Below are positions 59,418 to 64,000 of a DNA stretch of 64,000 nucleotides, one piece after another. The number at the start of each line of letters is the position of its first letter. Positions within the stretch are counted from its first letter, which is position 1. The stretch lies in contig OZ241328.1 in the NCBI GenBank assembly GCA_965199995.1, forward strand, positions 2,729,504 through 2,793,503, in the 5' to 3' direction. The DNA comes from Dehalococcoidia bacterium (lineage in GTDB: Bacteria > Chloroflexota > Dehalococcoidia > Lucifugimonadales > UBA3495). A program made the position numbers and the translations under genes. The notes beneath the pieces are model-generated. The model was given only the letters and a program-made list of their open reading frames with translations, had not been told where the DNA came from and made no database searches.

Positions 59418-59840
59418 ATGGCCATCAACCCGGATTTCCTGGTACGCTGCATCAATACCCTGGAGTCGGCCTTCGAGCAACTGAGGCAGAGGGAAGCTGA
59501 TGACCCGCTTTACGACATTCTCCGGTCGGCTTGCATCAAGGAGTTTGAGCTGGTCCTGGAGCAATCCGGCAACCTGTTGAAAAAGCGTCTGCGGCCCTAC
59601 TTCGCCAGTAACCGGCAGGCGGACCGGTTGACTTTCAAAAACATTTTCCGGTACGCCGCCAAACATGACCTCATATCCGCAGCGACTTGTGAGCGCTGGC
59701 TCACTTACAGGGACAACCGGAACGATACCGCCCACGACTATGGAGCAGGATTCGCGGGAACTACGCTTTCTCCCCTGCCCCGTCTCATACCGGACACCCG
59801 GGAGCTGGCCAGGATCATCGCGGAGGGAAAGGATGACTGA
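59418..59840 (+). CDS. HI0074-family nucleotidyltransferase substrate-binding (HEPN) protein
   Basis: 140 aa. Motifs IKEFELVLEQSGNLLKKRL and the R-x4-H motif RNDTAHDY. Confidence 0.8.
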   Translation: MAINPDFLVRCINTLESAFEQLRQREADDPLYDILRSACIKEFELVLEQSGNLLKKRLRPYFASNRQADRLTFKNIFRYAAKHDLISAATCERWLTYRDNRNDTAHDYGAGFAGTTLSPLPRLIPDTRELARIIAEGKDD

Positions 59841-60168
59841 CCGCCTGCGCCTACCCTGCCGTTATCGGGAGAGGCTGGAAGCGCTGTTGCGTCAGCACGT
59901 GCCCGCCGCCGAGGTGTGGGCCTACGGCAGCCGGGTCAACGGACGGAGCCACGAAGGCAGCGACCTAGATCTGGCGCTGCGCAGCCCTACCCTCGAACCC
60001 CTAGGCGGCGAGTACCATGAACTAGTTGAGGCTCTGGAGGAGTCCAACATCCCTATTCTAATACAGGTCCACGACTGGGCTAGGCTGCCGGAGAGCTTTC
60101 AACGGGAGATTGAGCGGGATTACGTAGTGGTGCAGCGGGGAACTGTTCATCTAAAAATATCGTGCTAG
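59833..60168 (+). CDS. Minimal nucleotidyltransferase (MNT, HI0073-like), partner of the upstream HEPN protein
   Basis: The ATG at 59833 overlaps the upstream stop by 8 nt. Motif AYGSRVNGRSHEGSDLDLAL. Confidence 0.85.
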   Translation: MTDRLRLPCRYRERLEALLRQHVPAAEVWAYGSRVNGRSHEGSDLDLALRSPTLEPLGGEYHELVEALEESNIPILIQVHDWARLPESFQREIERDYVVVQRGTVHLKISC

Positions 60169-60177
60169 TCCCCCGGG

Positions 60178-60549
60178 ATGCGTAACCTGCTGACTATTAC
60201 GGCGCCTGCCTTGGACGCCTTCCCCAGCATCGAGAACTATGAGGCGGTAATTGAGGACGGCAAGATTGTGCTTACTCCGGTCAAGCTGCCTTCCCAAAAC
60301 GAGATGGACTGCCATTTCGCCAGCCTGAATTTGACCGAGGAAGACATTCAAAGACGCCGTTGCTTGGGGCCAGGACCGAAATGCGCCAGGAAAAACAAGC
60401 CAACCATGCGCGTAGTGATTGACACCAACGTATTGGTGCCGGTAATGGTGTTTCCGCTAGGGGCTATGGCTTGGGTTCGCGTTCCGGGTGGTCTGCGATG
60501 CGGCGGAGAGGATGGTGCTATCGCTGTTACGCCTGCATTACTGCACTAG
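60178..60549 (+). pseudogene. AbrB/MazE-like antitoxin fused by an apparent 1-nt insertion to a truncated PIN (VapC-like) toxin
   Basis: The N-terminal part reads ...YEAVIEDGKIVLTPVK...LTEEDIQ. A shifted frame gives DAVAWGQDRNAPGKTSQPCA*, whose stop overlaps the ATG of MRVVIDTNVLV (PIN N-terminus). The PIN part ends after about 50 aa. Confidence 0.5.
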
Positions 60550-60638
60550 TCTTAATTTACTTTCGCGTTAGCCTTTCGCTCCAGATTCCGGGCTGTGTGC
60601 TACCGGGTCTGACCTCTAGCACGGTCTGCAATGTCAGT

Positions 60639-62130
60639 CTATATTCTGAAAACCGTAGGAAATCTGTTTATCTGTTCGTCGAATTCCTCACTATGGTTAA
60701 TTGACACGACCCGATACCCTAAACCTTCAAGTTCGGAACGAACTGTAGCGTCTTGAGTACGTTATGCTTCGGAGCCGTGGCTTGGGCCGTTAATGAACAC
60801 ACAAACTCGGCCTCTTTCGTAGTAGAGTCAGTTTGAACATAGATTCCTTCCAAATGGCCGGTATTGAGTTCGGCTAGGCAGAACGTAGCTATTATCAAAG
60901 AGGTGCTGCAAGAAAGTCGGTGAGCAGAACAGCACGGGCAGCCGTCCCTCTCTAAAGCGTCGTTCTCTCTTCGCGGTCGCTGGTATCAACTTGGCCGGTA
61001 TGCTCGCGGGCGAGCATCCTTGTTCAATTCTCTACCGCGGTTTTGGTACAGTTTGACGAAGTATTTGTTGGCAGCGCGCTTTCCACGCTGTAGCACAGCA
61101 TGACGGGCACGCACTGGGTCCGGGCCAATTGGAACTCCGTTCCCAGGGTTCCAACGCAGCACGCTAGCTAAACCCGCACTCCCCGCTCTTGCCCTTTGTC
61201 GTCCGTTTCGACCCTCAGGATATGGCCCCGCAATGTTTTAATGATGTGCTGAACTAGTGCTTCACCTTGCTCCTGGGGGGTCCAACTGTGGGCTGTCCAT
61301 CCCCCATGTGCGCGGATTTCTCAAGTACCGAGATACTTGGCTACGGAGACCCAAGGATAAGGATAACGTCCTGTCTTCATTGCGTCCCCCGGTAACACCG
61401 GGAAGCAATGCTATCGCCTGTTCCTGCAACCGGTCGGTTTCTTCAACGGTTCAAGGTTCCCGGAGTACTGTAGCTGTTTGTTGCCGGACCGCTCAATGCC
61501 GTCCCGTTTCAGAATCGGGGCTTCTATGGCCAATTGCATCCGCAGGTAGTTCAGAAAGTCCGTAAGCACCCTGACGCGGGTTTCAGGAGTCGCGGCTTCA
61601 AATCTGGGGACACCGTTCCAAAACGAGTCATCATGGGTCAGTTCTTTCAGTCCGTCATAGCTGATGCTCAGCAGGCCGGTCTGCTCTAGGTTCGGTTTTA
61701 CAATACGCCAGCCCCGGCTCAAATCTTCCAAGGCGCGATATTGGAGCACTCCAGTGATGGCTTTCCTCCCTCTCGTCAGCCCTGGCCCTCTGGTCCCTGG
61801 TTCAGCCAGATAGTCGGCAGGCTCCAAGGCGAGAGCGTCAAATATGGCGTATCCGATGTCTTCAACGGGCAGAGGACCCTTAGCTTGCATTGCTGCCACC
61901 AGACCAGCGCGGATTTGAGCCGTCTGTACTAAGTCATTCAGGTGGCCAGCTTGCAGCGAAGCATCCTGGCGATTGTCAGTGAACAACAGTGCTTTGGCTT
62001 CCACCGGTGCTACTTGCTGTGCCAGCATACCCGAGACACCGGCATTGACTGCAATTGTCGTTGCAGTGGAGCGGCCGGTTTGCTGGGCGCGGGTCATGTC
62101 ATCATAGATTTCCAGAATCACCCGTTTGGT
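60639..62130 (-). pseudogene. Remnants of a large helicase-associated gene, including a C-terminal Vsr/DUF559-like endonuclease piece
   Basis: The second half of ORF 61411..62397 (ALLFTDNRQDASLQAGHLNDLVQ...) resembles the post-helicase region of DUF1998-type helicases. At 60639-60800 a frame reads VCVFINGPSHGSEA*RTQDATVRSELEGLGYRVVSINHSEEF, a Vsr-like pattern broken by a stop. The family call is tentative. Confidence 0.35.
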
Positions 62131-63420
62131 GCGGTATTCGTCGTATGCCTGTTCGTCGTCGCGGACGACGTCGGGGAAAGTGTCCATGATATAACCCACA
62201 TCGCCCCGGTCCAGATGGTACAGGTGAAACAAAGCGGCTTCCAGATCGCAGCGCAACAGGAACCGCCGTTCCGGCTCCCAGCGAAAGGGCGGGCCGTCAT
62301 AACTCAATCCTCCGCTAGGGACTGCAAGTCCCAAGCCGTGTAAGAGAGCTCCAGCACGCGGGGCACCACGAACTCCGCGTAGGTAAGGCCGGAACACAGC
62401 TCCGCCGCAAATTCCTCTGGCAGCAAAACCGGGAGCTGATTGATGATGAAATAGTTTAAGGCAATGCCGCCGGTAGCTGATCTAGTGGCGAAGTCCAGGG
62501 CGAAGCAGAGGAATGGCGCCATCAACAGCGTAGCTGCCTCAGCACCGGGGATATTAATCATTGGCGCGGTGTCGCTCATTCCGAGCCTCGAGGCGAACGC
62601 CGCGATACAGGTCCGCTGGTTGGTCGCTCTGGTAATGAGGCGGAGAGTGACGCAATAGGCCGGAGGCCGTATTCTATCGTCTATCTCTCCCTTGCAAGCC
62701 TTTTTGCCACTTCATTTTCGGAAACCCAGTAGTGGGGAATCACGACGGCGTTAGGGTCTCTTTTCATTTCCTGGCCGATGCCAGTAGCGTTCCCATTTTT
62801 GATGGAATCAACCCTTGCGCTGTCAAAGGTGGCGTGGCGGTGGCCGTACTGATGAAACAGTTTCGCCTCATAAAGCGGAACGTACCGCGCATCGCCCCGG
62901 ACAAACTCGTTGCCTTGCAACTGCCAGCCCTCCGGCTCCAGCTCTTTGCGGGTATAAAGCCAGCCGGAATCGCCGGACATATGAAACATACTCAAAAATC
63001 CCGCGCCCCACGGGTTTGATTCCAGTTCACCATTCTTCGCCTCCCGCCACAGCACGCCAGCGCGGCGGTACATTTTGCGAGCGATTTCCATATCGCGCTG
63101 GGCGCGGAACATGGGGCAGGTGCGGGTGTTGGGGTTGAACAGCTTGAAATCGTCCCCGGACAGTTCAACGCGCCAGTGGGCGTCGCTGATTTGACCAGCC
63201 TGATGCAAGAAGAAGGCGAACTGCGACGACTCCTGCGGCCGAGTGGCCCCGCTGACTGTCAGCAGGCAGAACTTAATCTGGCGGTGTATTCCTGGGAAAA
63301 CCTTTTCCCAGTTCTCGAAGTCATATAGGCTTACCAGGGAGTGGCGCTGCACTAGGCTGGAGAAGAATACTTTGGTAGTATCATCCGTGGCGATGCCGGT
63401 GGGAACGAGGAGATTAGCAT
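62130..63420 (-). pseudogene. C-terminal portion of a large N6-DNA-methyltransferase / type IIG-like gene, in three frames
   Basis: Three colinear pieces are present. The first is FNPNTRTCPMFRAQRDMEIARKMYRR... (62681..63544 ORF). The second is ...NYFIINQLPVLLPEEF...VLELSYTAWDLQSLAED (62304..62579). The third is GPPFRWEPERRFLLRCDLEAALFHLYHLDRGDVGYIMDTFPDVVRDDEQAYDEYRTKRVILEIYDDM. The catalytic N-terminal half is absent. Confidence 0.6.
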
Positions 63421-63421
63421 A

Positions 63422-64000
63422 ATGGCTACAACTCCCGATACTATCCGGGCCCAGATCCACCAAGATGCCATCAGCAGAGTAACCTGTTTCTACAGCGCCG
63501 CCCCCCGCGAAATTCTCAACGAGCTGCTCCAAAACGCTCACCACTCCGGGGCCACCCGCGTAAGCATAACCAGCGGTACCGAGGAGTCCACCGTAACTGA
63601 CGACGGCCGGAGCATCTTCAACCCCGCCGATCTGCTGGCCTTCGACCCCAGCGGATGGGAGGAACAGACCGTCCAGCGAGAGGAGGCCGCTGGCATGGGC
63701 TTATTTTGCCTGGCCTCCTGCCGGCACGTCACCATCCGCTCCAGCGACGGAACCCGCCCTTGGCAGGTGCGCCGCTCCCCGGAACATTTCACCGGCGAGC
63801 AGGAAGCCCCGGTGGAAATCCTGAACTCCGCCCAGACCCCGAAAGGAGGGAGCATCACCCTATCCACAAAACTCAGCCGGGCAATTGCAACGCCAGCCGC
63901 CCAATAATTCCCCCTGCCGGTGACCTTCGGCGGCGAAGAATTGCCGCGATGGGATTTTCTGTGGAACGCCGTGCGCATCGAGGAATGGCGCGGCCTCCGC
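63422..64000 (+). pseudogene. GHKL (HATPase_c-like) ATPase gene with an in-frame TAA at 63905-63907; 3' end outside the window
   Basis: Bergerat N-box ILNELLQNAHHSGATRV and G1-like VTDDGRSI. After the TAA the same frame stays open to base 64000 (FPLPVTFGGEELPRWDFLWNAVRIEEWRGLR). Confidence 0.55.

Noticed and set aside
61257-61565. The plus-strand 102-aa ORF in the low-GC stretch of the island.
   Set aside because: It is Cys/Ser/Arg-rich with no motifs. It overlaps the 3' end of the minus-strand remnant ORF. It is most likely non-coding debris.

Overview
This is a high-GC bacterial chromosomal window. All family calls below come from motif recognition by eye; no BLAST or HMM search was possible. 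The aerobic gene content, the Pro/Thr-rich lipoprotein linkers and a dispersed GTCATTCCCGCGAAAGCGGGAAyCC palindromic repeat suggest a Chloroflexota-like organism, but that is inference only.

Most of the window is conserved core:
- thrC plus a MoaD/ThiS-like carrier, tgt, aroK/aroB and purQ
- the gcvT-H-PA-PB operon
- two Rieske dioxygenase alpha genes and one beta gene
- EamA transporters and an AttH-like/ABC-2 exporter operon
- a caa3-type oxidase cluster (ctaC-D-E-F, ctaB, ctaA)
- a BtuF/FecCD/ATPase uptake system behind a cobalamin riboswitch

Accessory or unusual content:
1. Two unannotated 58-aa double-glycine-leader peptide genes (27297-27697, minus strand) sit directly upstream of a HlyD / C39-peptidase ABC / second ABC export cassette. 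No tailoring, immunity or sensor genes are present. This is the best candidate for an undescribed system.
2. A 469-bp tandem triplication encodes PaREP1/HEPN-like proteins with near-identical flanks and a strongly divergent roughly 55-residue internal cassette. A fourth paralog lies between the duplicated dioxygenase genes.
3. A gene carries eleven in-frame 54-bp repeats. It shares its C-terminal domain with a second coiled-coil protein in the window.
4. From about 53.5 kb to the window end lies a decayed defence island. It holds helicase, methylase, nuclease, PIN and GHKL remnants alongside apparently intact HEPN/MNT modules.
5. Several pseudogenes are inserted into core operons: Fic between aroK and aroB, Uma2 inside the oxidase cluster, and a third EamA copy.

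Many long antisense ORFs in the track are GC-driven shadows and are not reported.
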